The notes: generated by a model not told the origin, from the sequence alone. 64,000 bases of DNA from Harriotta raleighana (GCA_050575255.1 JBNZDD010013730.1:6168543-6232542); one strand, 5' to 3'. Shown: positions 50,199 through 62,625, numbered from the stretch's first letter. Program-made: numbers and translations.

Positions 50199-50982
50199 GT
50201 AAGTGCACAGCAAGCAAATGTTTCTTCAACTGACTGTTCAAACAGCATTGCTAAGTACTGCTTAAATGTTTGGGAAAAAATTACTGATGTGTTTGGAAAG
50301 ACTATTTTAAGTCATGGGGAGTGGAGTGAATATCAGCCTCTTTGCTGAGCAGACAGCCTGCTGACTGAATAAAAGTTCAAAATCTGCTCAGCATGTTCAC
50401 TGATATTCCTCAAAACATTATAAATGTTTCCTTTCAAAAGAAAATATTCTGAATTACTGTCCTTCCACGGATATGAACTGTGGCAAAACAAAATATGCGG
50501 GATGCGATGTAGAGGAAATTTTTTAATAATGGATTTGGTTTTGAGTCTAATGTGACAGATGGTGCGATGTTGCTTCTTTGAAACTGTTGTTTTAACTTCA
50601 TTCTGAGGTCTTAAAGTGTAAACAAACACGCTGTAACCTCTATGAAGGGAGAAACAAAACCTGTTATGATTAAATAAAGGAAGGTAAAATAATTTGCTGG
50701 ATATGTAGTATTTGTTTTTGTAATCTGGTCTTTCTTTATTAAAAACAATCAAAATCTGATTAGTTACAATTGAGTTCTCTTACCATCAATTCTTGTTGAT
50801 TCCTGTTTTCTGAGCCTAGTAACTTTGAAAATCACTAGTGTATTTGGAGATAACATTGTACAATTAAGCGGCTCAAATTTCAACCGTTTGTTTGCTTATT
50901 TATTCTTTTTTTAAGAAGTTCTACTTTAATTGATACTTCCTTCTTGGCTGAGAGCACAATGGAGGCAACCCATATCTCTGTC

Positions 50983-51338
50983 AGTATCCTGTAACCTAGT
51001 GGTTAGAGCACTCGCTTCGCAAATGAAGGGACCTGGGTTTGATTCCCACGGGGGTAGAATGAAACATGGGGCAAGTTTCCTTACTTCACACAATTCTGTT
51101 TACCGAGCAGTAAGTAACAACTCGGTTTTTCGTCGATTGAGGGATACCTTTTCCAGAGATAATATTCCTTAAAAAAATAATAATAATTTGTGGACTCAAT
51201 CCACGACTGTTTATGGGACATTGCTGTGTGCAATTGGCAGCCGCATTTCACCCACAAAATATACAGGCAATTCACTTTACAGTACATTCTGTGAAGTGGT
51301 TTGAGGCATCGCGAAGACATGATAAGGATTATTATTAT
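50983..51338 (+). mobile_element. Full-length tRNA-derived SINE (long variant) in ADGRL4 intron 1
   Basis: tcctgtaacctagtggttagagcactcgcttcgcaaatgaagggacctgggtttgattccc head, then ggggcaagtttccttacttcacacaattctgtttaccgagcagtaagt (CORE-like), then tail ending ggattattattat. Confidence 0.9.
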
Positions 51339-51769
51339 AATTGTATGCTGAGCTGACTACCAGGAGTTGCCTGGAAGCAATGGGTGATTTGATCAAATTT
51401 CACCAAGGTCCAGAGCTGTGGGGATTTATAGAAATGTTTGGTTTGGATACTCTTTCGAATTGTAATGGGTTTCCGCATGTGTCAGACACTCGGCTGACGC
51501 CCCCAAAATTATTTCACCATCCATTAGTATATGGTCCCTCATTCCCAAATAACTAAACTATCAGTCTGTATTGCCCAGACCATTGCCCTCATGTTTCATC
51601 TTACAAAGAATATAGTTTTTTCATTCCATGTTGTGTCAACCATCATCCTAATGCTCCATGTTATTTGAATCTTTATTCAGTTAACCAGTTTTGCAGACAC
51701 ATCCTGATACACCCAAGTTTATGTGGGTTGAAAGTTATCCCATCTTTCCATGGTAGGCAGAGTCTGTCA

Positions 51770-52010
51770 GAATGGCTCAATTCATGACCTAGTAGGTAAA
51801 ATACTGAAATAGCAATAAGCCATACTGACCAGATGATTGCAGATCCAAATCTGTGCTGAATTCAATAATCTCAGCCTTAGGCTGGCAAGATGATGATAAA
51901 AATCAGCCAAGGTTCCTACTCCTTATCACTCGCCAATGACTGTGAACCCTGCAAGCTATTATGTGTGCTTGAACATCAGATGGAATAAAATTGGACACAG
52001 CTGTGAAATT
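51770..52010 (+). mobile_element. AmnSINE2-like remnant (5' part), intron 1
   Basis: tctgtgctgaattcaataatctcagcc...aaaaatcagccaaggttcctactccttatcactcgccaatgac. Confidence 0.55.
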
Positions 52011-52649
52011 GATCAGTACGGTTAGCAAGCAATCTTATCAGAACTTGAAAACTTTGGCTCATGGATAACTTAACATCAGGATATTGTAATATTGCCTACG
52101 ATTTCTGACTATTTGTCTAGGTTTTAAAATTTCTCCTGTATTCAAAGATATTGAAGTTTCAGCCCTTAACGATGCTTCATTACACTTTCATCACTTCTTG
52201 CCTGGCTTGAATTCCTTTACAATCCCATTGTATAAAAAAAACGACACGTTTAGTTTGTATTACATTCTCATATAAATGCTGCATGTATATCAATGCAGAG
52301 TGTAGCATCCACTTTTCTAACAATAGTTATTGACAACTAAAAGTTGAGTCCAGTTCATATTAGTCTAGTTCATCTGCACAATCCGCACATTAAAGTAAAT
52401 CCAGTGAAGTGGTTTGACAAGTCCTCCTGGCATAAAAGGCGCTATATCAAACTTAACAATATTAATATTCTTATTACAGTATACTGCATTCTTCATGTTT
52501 TTATGAAGAACACGTATTGTTACTGCCCTGTACTATAGTACCGTCTTGGTCAGAAAAACACAAAATGCTTACATACTAAAATCTGCTTAAAGGCTGATCC
52601 TTCATTTCAATGGTACTCCTCCAGGACTTGGTCTATATTAAGTTAAACA

Positions 52650-52945
52650 ATCTCAGGTGGGTTGTAATGGGGGCACCTTCAATCGGCCTCAGTGTCCCCA
52701 GGCTAGGGAGGAAAGAAGTCAGCCAAAGTTCCTATTCATGATGGCTATCTAGTGATAAAGACGAGAAGTGCATTTTGGCTAATAGTTAATAAGGGTTCAG
52801 ATTGAATTTAGCTAATGCAGCCCCATGGCTGAAAAGACAACCAATATTCATTGTGCAAGCCTGGATGAAGTATCAGAAACTTCACGTTCCCGTAATGATA
52901 AATGACACCATCAGTTGTCTTTCTTCAAGAGGCAAGAGAATAAGG
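52650..52945 (+). mobile_element. AmnSINE2-like remnant, intron 1
   Basis: ggggcaccttcaatcggcctcagtgtccccaggctagggaggaaagaagtcagccaaagttcctattcatgatggctatctagtga. Confidence 0.6.
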
Positions 52946-53009
52946 GGAGAAAGTCAAAGAACAAATGGGGGTAAAGTGAGAAGTAAATTAGTCTTAAATC
53001 AGCTCCTCT

Positions 53010-53200
53010 CCAGTAACCCCCTTAAAACAATTTGGTCCCTCAATCCACGATTGTTTGTGGGACATTGCTATGCACAATTGGCTGCCGCATTTTGCCCACA
53101 AAATACATGATCAATCGATTTTACAATATATTCTGTGAAGCACTTTGAGACATCTCAACAATGTGATAAGGTACTATCTCAAATGTAAGGATTTATTATA
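53010..53200 (+). mobile_element. SINE 3' half, intron 1
   Basis: tcaatccacgattgtttgtgggacattgctatgcacaattggctgccgcattttgcccacaaaatac...gtgaagcactttgagac...aaatgtaaggattttattat. Confidence 0.82.
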
Positions 53201-53477
53201 AGTCTGTTTTTTGACTACTTTGTTCTTGTTCTCCCTTTGTAAATCCTACCAAATTCTTGATACTGTATAACCATTCAAGCTCGTATATTACTATTGTAGT
53301 TACCTTTTGTTTTCTTTTTTTAAACTTTGAATCAGGAAACTCAAGTGTTCAAATTAAGGCATGGATAATTTTGCACATTAAGAATCAAATTCGAAGTGAC
53401 TTTAGTCCATTTTTATTTGGACTCTTTAGTATCCTGTTTCTATCTCTCACGTGATACTCTAACTTTTCATGTTCCAG

Positions 53478-53654
53478 TGTGGCTCTCCAGTTTGCTGGAC
53501 TTGTGCTTGCCATTTGCAAATTTCAGCACGACCAAAACCTTCAACTGCAATGAGAATAGATGCAACAAGAATGCCACTTGCACAACAATAAACGGGAAGA
53601 AAGGATGCTACTGCAACGCAGGCTTCACAGGCGATGGTGTCAAAACTTGCTATG
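53478..53654 (+). CDS. adgrl4: ADGRL4 coding exon 2: rest of signal peptide + EGF-like domain 1
   Basis: Acceptor cttttcatgttccag, donor G|gtatgg, 177 nt, phase 1-1. Encodes WLSSLLDLCLPFANFSTTKTFNCNENRCNKNATCTTINGKKGCYCNAGFTGDGVKTCY. The CYCNxGFxGxGVxxC motif matches ELTD1 EGF1 (CYCNMGFSGNGVTIC). Confidence 0.92.
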
Positions 53655-56600
53655 GTATGGAACTGCATTGTACAAAACGGATAAATAAATCTGCCCCAAT
53701 CCCAAATCTGCTCTTCACTTCTGAATAGCAAGTCAAACCAGAAATTTCATGATTCAATGATGGGTATTGGGAAATTAACGAGGTTCTGAAAATCTCATGT
53801 CTTGATCCTCTATACACACTTTGGCTGAATGTAGGAGGGAAAACATTTCGAATATTGATGGTGTCTGGAGTGCGTGGCACAGGGGTGAAAAGCCTCCAAA
53901 CCCAAAAAATGTTTTTATAATTGTTCACCAACATGAATAACTGTCATCCCAAATATCTTCTCCTATCATCCAATTCATGGTACTAATATAGTGCAATTGT
54001 ATAAGCTATTGCTCTGAATATATGCTCACTGCTCGGTGATAATTTGGGTTGCAGAAGAAGCACTGTTTATTAGCTTAAAACTTAAGTTACTTTACATTAT
54101 TACAGCTACAGAGGTACACGGACAGTTGGGCAGCTTGGCAGTGAATCCATTCAAGCATTGTTTTTAAATGATTTGTTAACGTTTGTATGGGGATAACCTC
54201 CAGCTTTCTGCTATCCACAGTTTCATAAAGAAATGGATGGATCATTTATTTAAAGCGTCAGTTATTAAGGATAGTGTGGACAATAGAAATCTTGCCAAAT
54301 TAGCAATATGTGACAAAAAGGTTTGCGGTATATTCTGCAGCAACTAATTAGATATGGGGTGCCAAAGCATGTTTTAGCTTTTTTTCTGGTTGTTGAGTAA
54401 AAGTTGCTATTTTAAAACGGTATTCTTCACATTTTCAGAACAGTAATTTGATAAATGCAAACAAAATAATCAGATTGTGAGCAAATATACTACAGTATTT
54501 CACCAATTAAAAATTATCTGGGATAACAAACAATGAAACTTATAGCAGTGGCACATTTAAAAATATATAATAGGCACTCCAGCAAATACTTTTTTTTTCC
54601 TCTGAAAATATCCCTAAATTAAGTCTGTTGCATTTATATAGATTTTAACTCTGCTAAACAGGTTTACCAGTCTTCAGATCATTTGTTTTCCCCCAAAGCA
54701 CTTCCCTTCAGGATCACGCTCTAGGATGTGGTAAAATGGAAGACTTTATACTCAATAAGGTTAATTACATTGTTGGATGTTTGGAAAGCTTGTAGCTCTT
54801 TTGCCTTGAACTTTCCAGCTAATTAAAACCGCAATCATTTTAAGGAAGGAAGCTGTCATTTTTGCTTGGAACATGGAAGCTGAATAATCTCTTTGTATTG
54901 TCCACAGAGTGCAGCTTTATGTGACCGCTCTGGGCTTGGCACTTATGTTTATATGGGAGAAGATGTGAACTGGTTGTTAAAAGAGAGTTCATGTTTTACT
55001 GGATTAACAGAATTGCCTTTGTCTTGTTTGATATGGAGCAAACTGAGATCATGGCAAAAGTGAACATCTTATTTCTGGGCATTTTCTAGCAAACACTTGG
55101 AAGTTATGTACTGTGGTGTTATTTATTCTCCATTTTGATTTACATTTGTCCAGCTTTAGCTATATTTTTGTGGCTCTTTATAACTTTGATTATCTACATC
55201 GTCTGCTGAAAGGTCACCCAATTGGTCAGTACTTCATGTTCTTTACTTTCATGCATGTAACCACTTTTGTTTTTCATATAACATTGTGTGAATAATTGGC
55301 AAGAGGCCATTGTAAACAATAGAATTTCAACTTGCCAATTATGGATCACATTTTAGTGGATGACTAGTCCACAGTGTTGGAGTTGCTTCTGACAAAGAGC
55401 AAATACTGGTACCTTGGAATGTTTTTCAGTTGAGTTATCGACTCGGAGATCTCTGAAGCATGTCTGTGCATTTACTCCCCATGTAATTCCACTGCAGACT
55501 CTAACCTTTTTTTTTTGAGTACGGTTTTAATGTAAAAGATTTATTTAGCTTTCAAAATAGTACTGGTCTACAATATTCACAGCATTGACAATATTGCATT
55601 GTGGAGTTCCAGGTTGCATTTTTTGATATTGAATTTCATAATCTCCATTATTTTCTAGGGATTTGATCCCTGATACAGTATAAGGAAAAAAAAATCTAGG
55701 CGAATGTGGTCTTGTGGTTTGACTAATAACTATTGATAAAAGCAAAAGGAAGAATATACGTTGATCCTTATTATCTTTAAATGAGTGCAGAAATCACATT
55801 ACTCATAACTTGTGTTATGAGGCCAAACATACACAAGTTAAATCCATTGTGACGAAAAGACCAATAAGCTTCACTTGTTGATATTCAGCAAATAAGTTCA
55901 AAATATTTACAAATATCAAATCTTCGAGTGCTCTACTTTTATAATTCAATTCCTCATTGCAAAAAAACGCATGATCTTTCAAAACACGCTTTGCTGTTAT
56001 TGCTGTGCTGTTATCATCATATTACAGCAATATATTAAAAAAAAGTTTTCCACTCTGAACATACTAGCATAACGTCACTTAATCGGTAGCAGTAAAGCAA
56101 AATGTAAATTATGGATGAGCTTGGTAAATATTTTGTGTTCACCAATTTAAAATAAGTGTGAGAATGTGTTCCTTCGAAATGAATTGTACCAATTTAAAAT
56201 AAATGTTAAAATCAAGTCATTCCGTGATGATGGTGTTCCCTGAACACGAGAGATGTTCCTACTATTGTTTTTCATAATATCAAACACAAATAATGGCACG
56301 TGAAAATAGACTGTAATTTCAATTTGCATTGTGCTTTGATTCATTTATGAAAGGTCAACATCTCAAAATCACATCTTTAACTTTGAACAAGATTGACGTG
56401 TTTTCTTGGATTTTGGAACAGTGCTGGTTGCATGATACAGTTGCTATTTCAGGGTACTGTATATTTAGGGTAATGCACAAATGAATGCCTTACATAGGTC
56501 GGCATAAATGACTGATTCTACTTGCTGCCAGTAACTTGACTCACCTTTGGCATCTTGGGGCAAGAATGAGTGGAGAGCTAATGGTTTGTGGGTAAGGTAG

Positions 56601-57000
56601 TTAAAAAAAGGCTTTGCAACATCTCTTGTCCCTATGTTTTTGTGAGTGAGTGTGTGTTTGTGAGGTTAATTTTATATAGATGTTTGGCCCAGGTACTTGT
56701 TGTTGGGCCCTGACACATCTGAAAGGACCTGGACTTTACGTGGTTGGTAGGAGGGAGAGAGGGATGCGTTAATGAACATTCAACCATAATTTAACCATTG
56801 TTAGACCTTCAAGATCAGGCGCAGTTTTCAGCAGTTATAAGTTATTGCTCTCAGCATCTTTCATGGACATTCTGTGATTTCTTAATTGAAATTTGTGCCT
56901 CAGATATCAAGCAGATTAATGCAATGTGCCTTTGGAGATACTCTGCGCGACAAAGGCCAGTTCTATCAGGGCTACTGTCAAAACAAACAACTCTGGTTGA

Positions 57001-57110
57001 ACAACAACAACAACTTCGATTTATATAGCGCCCTCCACCCCGGACGGTATCTCAGAGCGCTTCACAATAGCGGATCCCGGGACCGAGCCAGGGGCAGGAG
57101 CAGAAAGGTG
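57001..57110 (-). mobile_element. L2-type 3' end of a second subfamily, intron 2
   Basis: (caa)n cttcgatttatatagcgccctccaccccggacggtatctcagagcgcttcaca. CpGs are retained. Confidence 0.65.
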
Positions 57111-57536
57111 ACCAGCCTCCAATAAAAATTCAGTTTGGGAGATACTGTAGGAGAAGAATAATATTAGTTGAAAATGTGGTATGGGTCAACAAGTAGCTCA
57201 AAGAACATTATCTGGCCATTATGTCTGCTTCACTGATGTTCTTGAAACGCCATCCTCCAAACAACAGTCATTTGAAATTTAAGCAGATTTAAATATTTTC
57301 GTGTTGGTGTTTACTAAGAAAAATATATTCCAACTAATTATTTCCTGTTTTAAATAAATGTGATGGGACACCATTTGTTGCAATCAAAACTAACTGGAGA
57401 AACAAATCCGAAGGGTCTTTGAAAGTTATCTCTGTTTACACAGAGAGGCTGTGAGTGTGGGTGTTTCAGGATGCAGTGATGTAGGTGTGGATTACGAGGT
57501 AGTGTAGTTTACATATATCCTGCAGAAAAATTCTGT

Positions 57537-57678
57537 GGGTGTAGAGTTCAAACAGTGTCATAATGCATATGCTTTGGGTGTAAGTCTGGTATAGAGTAAC
57601 TCGAAGCTAATGAAATCTGTAATGTTTACACAGCTGTAGTTAAAATACAGTAGGTTACAATTTGGACAACTCCACCCC
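57537..57678. mobile_element. Short MITE-like element with degenerate TIRs, intron 2
   Basis: gggtgtagagttcaaa ... tttggacaactccacccc (reverse complement ggggtggagttgtccaaa). Confidence 0.35.
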
Positions 57679-58255
57679 ACTGGTGCACATAGATTATATT
57701 CAATGGGCATTAAGGAAGATGAACTGTGGGGAGTGATGTTGGAGGGGTTTATATTTCTGCAGCTCATCAATCCAAGACCAAGTACTGTTGAATCACGATA
57801 AACACTTAACTAGAGGTTTGCCAAGAAATGCTATGATTGAATCAGGATATCAAAAGACTGTTTATAAGAAACTAAATATTTGTACCTTTGGCTTTGTATT
57901 GAATTCTAAATTAAAACATTTTTGTTATATAAAATAGGAATTGTTCATGTGGAATTCTTACCAAGAAAAACATGACTAAATTTCGACAAAGGAAACAAAA
58001 ATCGCTTGAAGTGTTTCACAATGAATTAAACATCGTATTATTTGTTGTTGAAATGTTCTGTAAAAATAGGAATTAGTTACAAGTCATTGCCAACATTGGA
58101 ATTCTATGTTTGAGTTAAAACTTTGTTTGGATGAAGTATGTATTCAGTTTCCTGCAGTCCACTTGTGTAATACCGTAATATAATAATCATTGAATTTGAT
58201 ATAGTGCTTTATCGTGACTACAAGACATCTCAAAACCACTTCACAGAATATAAAA

Positions 58256-58917
58256 ATAACAACAACCACAAAGTTACACTTGCATAGCACCTTTCACATC
58301 AGGAGGTCGTCCCAAGTCGCTGGACAGTCAATGTTTCAGACCCGAGCTGGGGTCGGGTACGAGGAGAGTGGAGGGAAAGGGGGAGATTTGGGGTGACCGA
58401 TGAGACCGTCAAGGAGGAAGGTCTTGAGACGGGACTCGAAGGAGGCTAGGGAGGGGGTGAGGTGGAGGCATTGTGGGATGGAATTCCTGAGGTGAGGGGC
58501 AGACTAGCTGTAGGCTCACCCGCCAATGGTGCGTGGGTTGGGTTAGGGGACATGCAGCAAGCCGAAGTCAATGGAGTCAGGCGAGAATGGGGAAGATGGG
58601 GGTCACAGAGCTTGGAGTGGTAGTGGACATAGGCCGCAGAGTTCTGGATTATGTGCAGCCGATGGAGGGAGGAATTGGAAACCCCTACAAGCAGGGCGTT
58701 GTCGTAGTGGAGCCTGGAAGGCATGAATGAGGGTTTCAACAGCCTGAGGGGTGAGGTAGTGGCGGAATCGGGAAATATTGCAGAGGTGAGGGAAGGCGGA
58801 GGAGGTCATGGTTTGGATGTGGGGGAGGAAAGTTAGTTGAGGATTGAACAATACAATTAGATTCCTGACTGGCTTGGTGAAATTCAATTGTAGAAAGTTA
58901 GCTCTCATCCAGGACAT
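58256..58917 (-). mobile_element. L2 LINE 3' portion with internal deletions, intron 2
   Basis: SWMRANFLQLNFTK / PVRNLIVLFNPQLTFLPHI...HLCNISRFRHYLTPQAVETLIHAF / SRLHYDNALLVGV...LHRLHIIQNSAA are L2 ORF2 motifs. UTR and (CAA)n tail at 58256. Confidence 0.92.
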
Positions 58918-58921
58918 ATAA

Positions 58922-59062
58922 TAAATAATAATAATCCTTGCATTTGATATTGCGTTTTTCCATATCTTCTAGACGTCTCAAAGCGCTTCACAGAATATGC
59001 TGTAAAGTGAATTGACTGAACATTTGTGGGCAAACACGGCAGCCAATTGTGCACAGCAGTGT
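58922..59062 (-). mobile_element. SINE 3' half abutting the L2 (another SINE tail at 58178-58252)
   Basis: aataataatccttgcatttgatattgcg...tctcaaagcgcttcacagaatat...ggcagccaattgtgcacagcagtg. Confidence 0.82.
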
Positions 59063-60429
59063 TATATGCCATTAAACACATGCAGGATAATACTGCGTTC
59101 CATTTGTTTTGTCATTCAATGTTAGCAGTCCTCAGACCACAATGGTTGACCGCAAATTACAATTAGTAGATATAGCAAAGTTTGTTCAATATTTAGGTTC
59201 TGCTCTGAATGTTTTCCAGCATACAGTACATATAATAGTAATGCTGTAAGAGTATTGTACATCTAGCACGGCTTGGGTGAGAGAGAAATACTTCAATTAG
59301 CGGTCTACAAATGAGCAATATGCTTGACATAATGACCTGATGGCCACCCGAATCCACTGTCTCGTCCGTCAGGAATTCCCTAAAACTTTCCAAAATTCCT
59401 TTTAAATGGGTAAAAATGATGAATAAGAATTGCTCGCTTTAGAACTGATAAAGGCTTCTCATTCCTTTGTGAGAAACTGATCACATTTTAAATGATTCCC
59501 AAAAACTAAGAATGTTGTGGCTTGAAGCAGGATTTTTTTTTTTTTAGCATTTTCTCAGATATTGGGTGGTTCTGCAGATGAATTACAAATTAGCTTCCAT
59601 TCTCATCATCTCCCATCTAAGAGGTGATTTGGATAAACACAGTTGAAACCAATTTCCTCATTTGTTTCGTAGGTTGGCACACAGCCCACTACATATTATC
59701 TATGCTCTCGGGATGAGAGAGCCTAGTGAAGTGCTTTCAGATACAAGGATTCCTATTATTATTTAAGTAAAAAAATTAAGAACATGTTTTTGAATAGTAG
59801 GAGATCTCTTCACTTGAATGACTAATTCTCCCTTCCCATGGAGACCTGTCATTTCACACATGATACCACTCGGATGATGTTTGCTGTGAGAGTGGCCAAG
59901 AACCATCCTACAGTGGCTCTGCACATTGACCTGGAAGTGTGCACTTCAGATCAGCCCGGATGCCAAGTCAATGTCAGAGCTGAGAATGTTGCTGCCAGCT
60001 GTGTACTCAGTCAGCACTAAACCTCCACAGCTCAGACACCTTCAGATTGACATCCCGGCCAGCTTGAATGGTTGACTTTTGTGTGAGTGTATGGAGACAC
60101 TGCAGGATGCACACAGGCTAACCCATAAACTATGTCATTAGAAAAGCATTATATGCAAGTTGCAAACATGTAAAAAGTGAGTCTCCACAGGAGGCAATAT
60201 TAGTTACTAAATCAAACATATCCAACCCGTTTTCTAATTATTTCAGAAGATAATGAATGGATTGAAAGTATTTAGTGCTGAATATACTCCCATAAACTGT
60301 ACTTTTTCAACAGCTCATTAGCGTTACATTGAGTGAAATTTAAGGGCAAACCTTGGACAGAAGGAATGGGAAGAATGGGAATACTATATCTCCAATGCCT
60401 ACACTGCAAGATTTGCTAAGGAATCATAT

Positions 60430-60890
60430 ACCCAAATTCGAAAGCACAAGGGCTATTGTGTAATCCAGCAGCCAATGCTGGACATCTGTAGAGAATTCTG
60501 GTTTCTCAGTAAAGAGAAATTGGGGAACATCAAAGCTATGAAAGATGAAGAGGGCATCAAGAGTTGTGTCCATCGCATCAGTATTGGCTTGCCTGCATTT
60601 CCTCACAATCTGTTTGATCCCAACCAATTCTTGCAAAGTACCTCGGTCTCAACAAGCAAGAAATTTCAATGCTTTTCATCTAGTCTTTCAGAATAGCTCT
60701 GTCAAATTGGCAGTGAGTTTGTAATATGCCTTGTATATACCAGAGAATAATAAAGGCTGCCAAGACTTATTTCAGTTTGGATTCTTGACATCCATAAGGC
60801 AGAACATCGGTCTGAAACCCAGATCCCTGAGGATCTGAAAGAAAAGTCCTTCAGAATGATATTTTGACATGCTTGGCAACCCACTCCCTA
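60430..60890 (-). mobile_element. Possible ancient non-LTR reverse transcriptase remnant
   Basis: Minus-strand NTDAMDTTLDALFIFHSFDVPQFLFTEK...VQHWLLDY loosely resembles the Rex1/L2-type STxDA...LFxDFSSAF...KL...WIxDYL segment. Weak. Confidence 0.3.
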
Positions 60891-61938
60891 AACAATTGAT
60901 GATTTGAAATTTAATTTGAAGTTTACCTATTTTTGGTTGGTACATAAACTTGACTTTATTTGAAATTTCTTCTGTTCCTCGGTTGTTATATTATGACATT
61001 AAGATTGTACAAATTGGCATCAGTGATATTTCATAGCATCACTATCACATTTGTCATTCTTCGTAACAACATTTCCGTCACAGAGCTAACATATAACAAA
61101 GGATAGAAAGTGGGAACAGAACGAGAGAGAGAGAGTGGATTGGGATTAAAGTTATTACAAAAATGGTTGTTTCCCAGTAGGGAATGTTCAGGCTATTCCA
61201 TTGAATGCTGTTCAATTTATGCAATGTAACATAGGGGAAGAAGGTATAGAAACTAACTGCTGAAGCAGTAAGCAAAGAAACCAGTGATGTTAGGAAACTG
61301 AAGCTTTTTTCTCCACCCACCATATCAATTGTGGAATTGCATGGGTTGCTTCAATTCTCCTATACTTTCATAAGGGAGATTTTGTATAATAATGGGGCAA
61401 CATTTTAAAGAGGAAATTATTGCATTTGTATTCAGATAATGATGTATGCCAAGGAACCTTATGGTAAGATGATAGCAATAAGCAATAACCATTAGTAATT
61501 TGATATTGTGAAAGCATCAGCATTGAAATTCCATCTAGAAAATAGACATTACTACTTAATATTCAAACTTGCATCCGCATCACATTTTCTCCAGTTTTTC
61601 AAGTAGCACACTGGAATCTCATATCCCCTTTATATTCCTCAAAACCTGCTTAATTTTTTGCACAGTAAATGCCTTTGTCCATTTAACTCGATCAGTCATT
61701 TAAAGTAAAAATATGCATTGATATGGACTAAAATTGGTCTGATTTTTAGAAAAACATTGATGAGGCTTCACAGAAACAGAGACAATCTTGCAGTCAATCA
61801 AGAATTATTTCTTGAAATCATTTGTACATTAGGTTAAACCCTTTTGGTTCCATCATGCAAATCTAATATGATAGTTTGTACAACATAACAAGAGGACAAT
61901 TACTGCGGCTTTAATGACAGACTACATTTATATTCCAG

Positions 61939-62091
61939 ATGATGATGAATGCGTAAACGCAACACAAACATGTGGATACAATGCAACCTGTACCAATACC
62001 GTTGGAAGTTTCATCTGCATATGTGTCCAAGGTTTTCAGTCATCAAAGGGATCAAAAAAGTTTACACCAAATGATGGAAGCATCTGCATAG
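61939..62091 (+). CDS. adgrl4: ADGRL4 coding exon 3: calcium-binding EGF domain
   Basis: Acceptor atttatattccag, donor G|gtaaga, 153 nt, phase 1-1. Encodes DDDECVNATQTCGYNATCTNTVGSFICICVQGFQSSKGSKKFTPNDGSICI, close to human ELTD1 DDNECGNLTQSCGENANCTNTEGSYYCMCVPGFRSS...FITNDGTVCI. Has the cbEGF consensus DxDEC and CxNxxGSF. Confidence 0.93.
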
Positions 62092-62454
62092 GTAAGACGC
62101 ATGTGTGTTTAAAAAAAATAATAATAATCTCATTCAGACCAGAGACCAGTTGTTTGATTCTATGGTTAGTTATTACGTTCAGAGAAGTAAAGTAAAGGAC
62201 CATGTTGAGCTCTTGTTAAACATACTATTTAAGAGGTTGGCCTTACTTTATCACAAACATGCAGCATAGTCACTGCAACCTTTCACTTTATCAGCATATT
62301 GTTATTATTATTGGATGTCTGGTTACTTATGAAGCGTTTAGATGTCCCAGCAGAATAAGATTAAAGAATCACAGGAAGAAACTATACTGAGGGATCTAAG
62401 TTGCAATATTTTCTTAGTGATATTCACAAATCCGAGTTCCCATCAAATTTCTTG

Positions 62455-62625
62455 ACCACATCAGAGCTGACGGCCCGACTGCCGATGGTGGAGTGGGCTG
62501 GACGGGGCATGTGGAGCAGACACGAGTCTGCTGAGTGGAGATGTTGATAAGACGTTAGCAGGTCACAGAAGTAGGAAGGAGCAAAGCGGTGAAAGGTTTT
62601 GAAGCCAAGGTCTTTGAACTCCATT
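62455..62625 (-). mobile_element. L2 ORF2 C-terminal fragment, intron 3
   Basis: EFKDLGFKTFHRFAPSYFCDLLTSYQHLHSADSCLLHMPRPAHSTIGSRAVS, homologous to 43959-44110. Confidence 0.8.

Noticed and set aside
50333-50752. 139-aa antisense ORF in intron 1
   Set aside because: No recognisable domain, a non-ATG start and AT-rich composition; probably chance.
54690-54900. GGAA-rich stretch in intron 2 as an enhancer
   Set aside because: There are several GGAA/GGAT cores but few with good flanks and no clear partner motifs, so I cannot separate it from background by eye.
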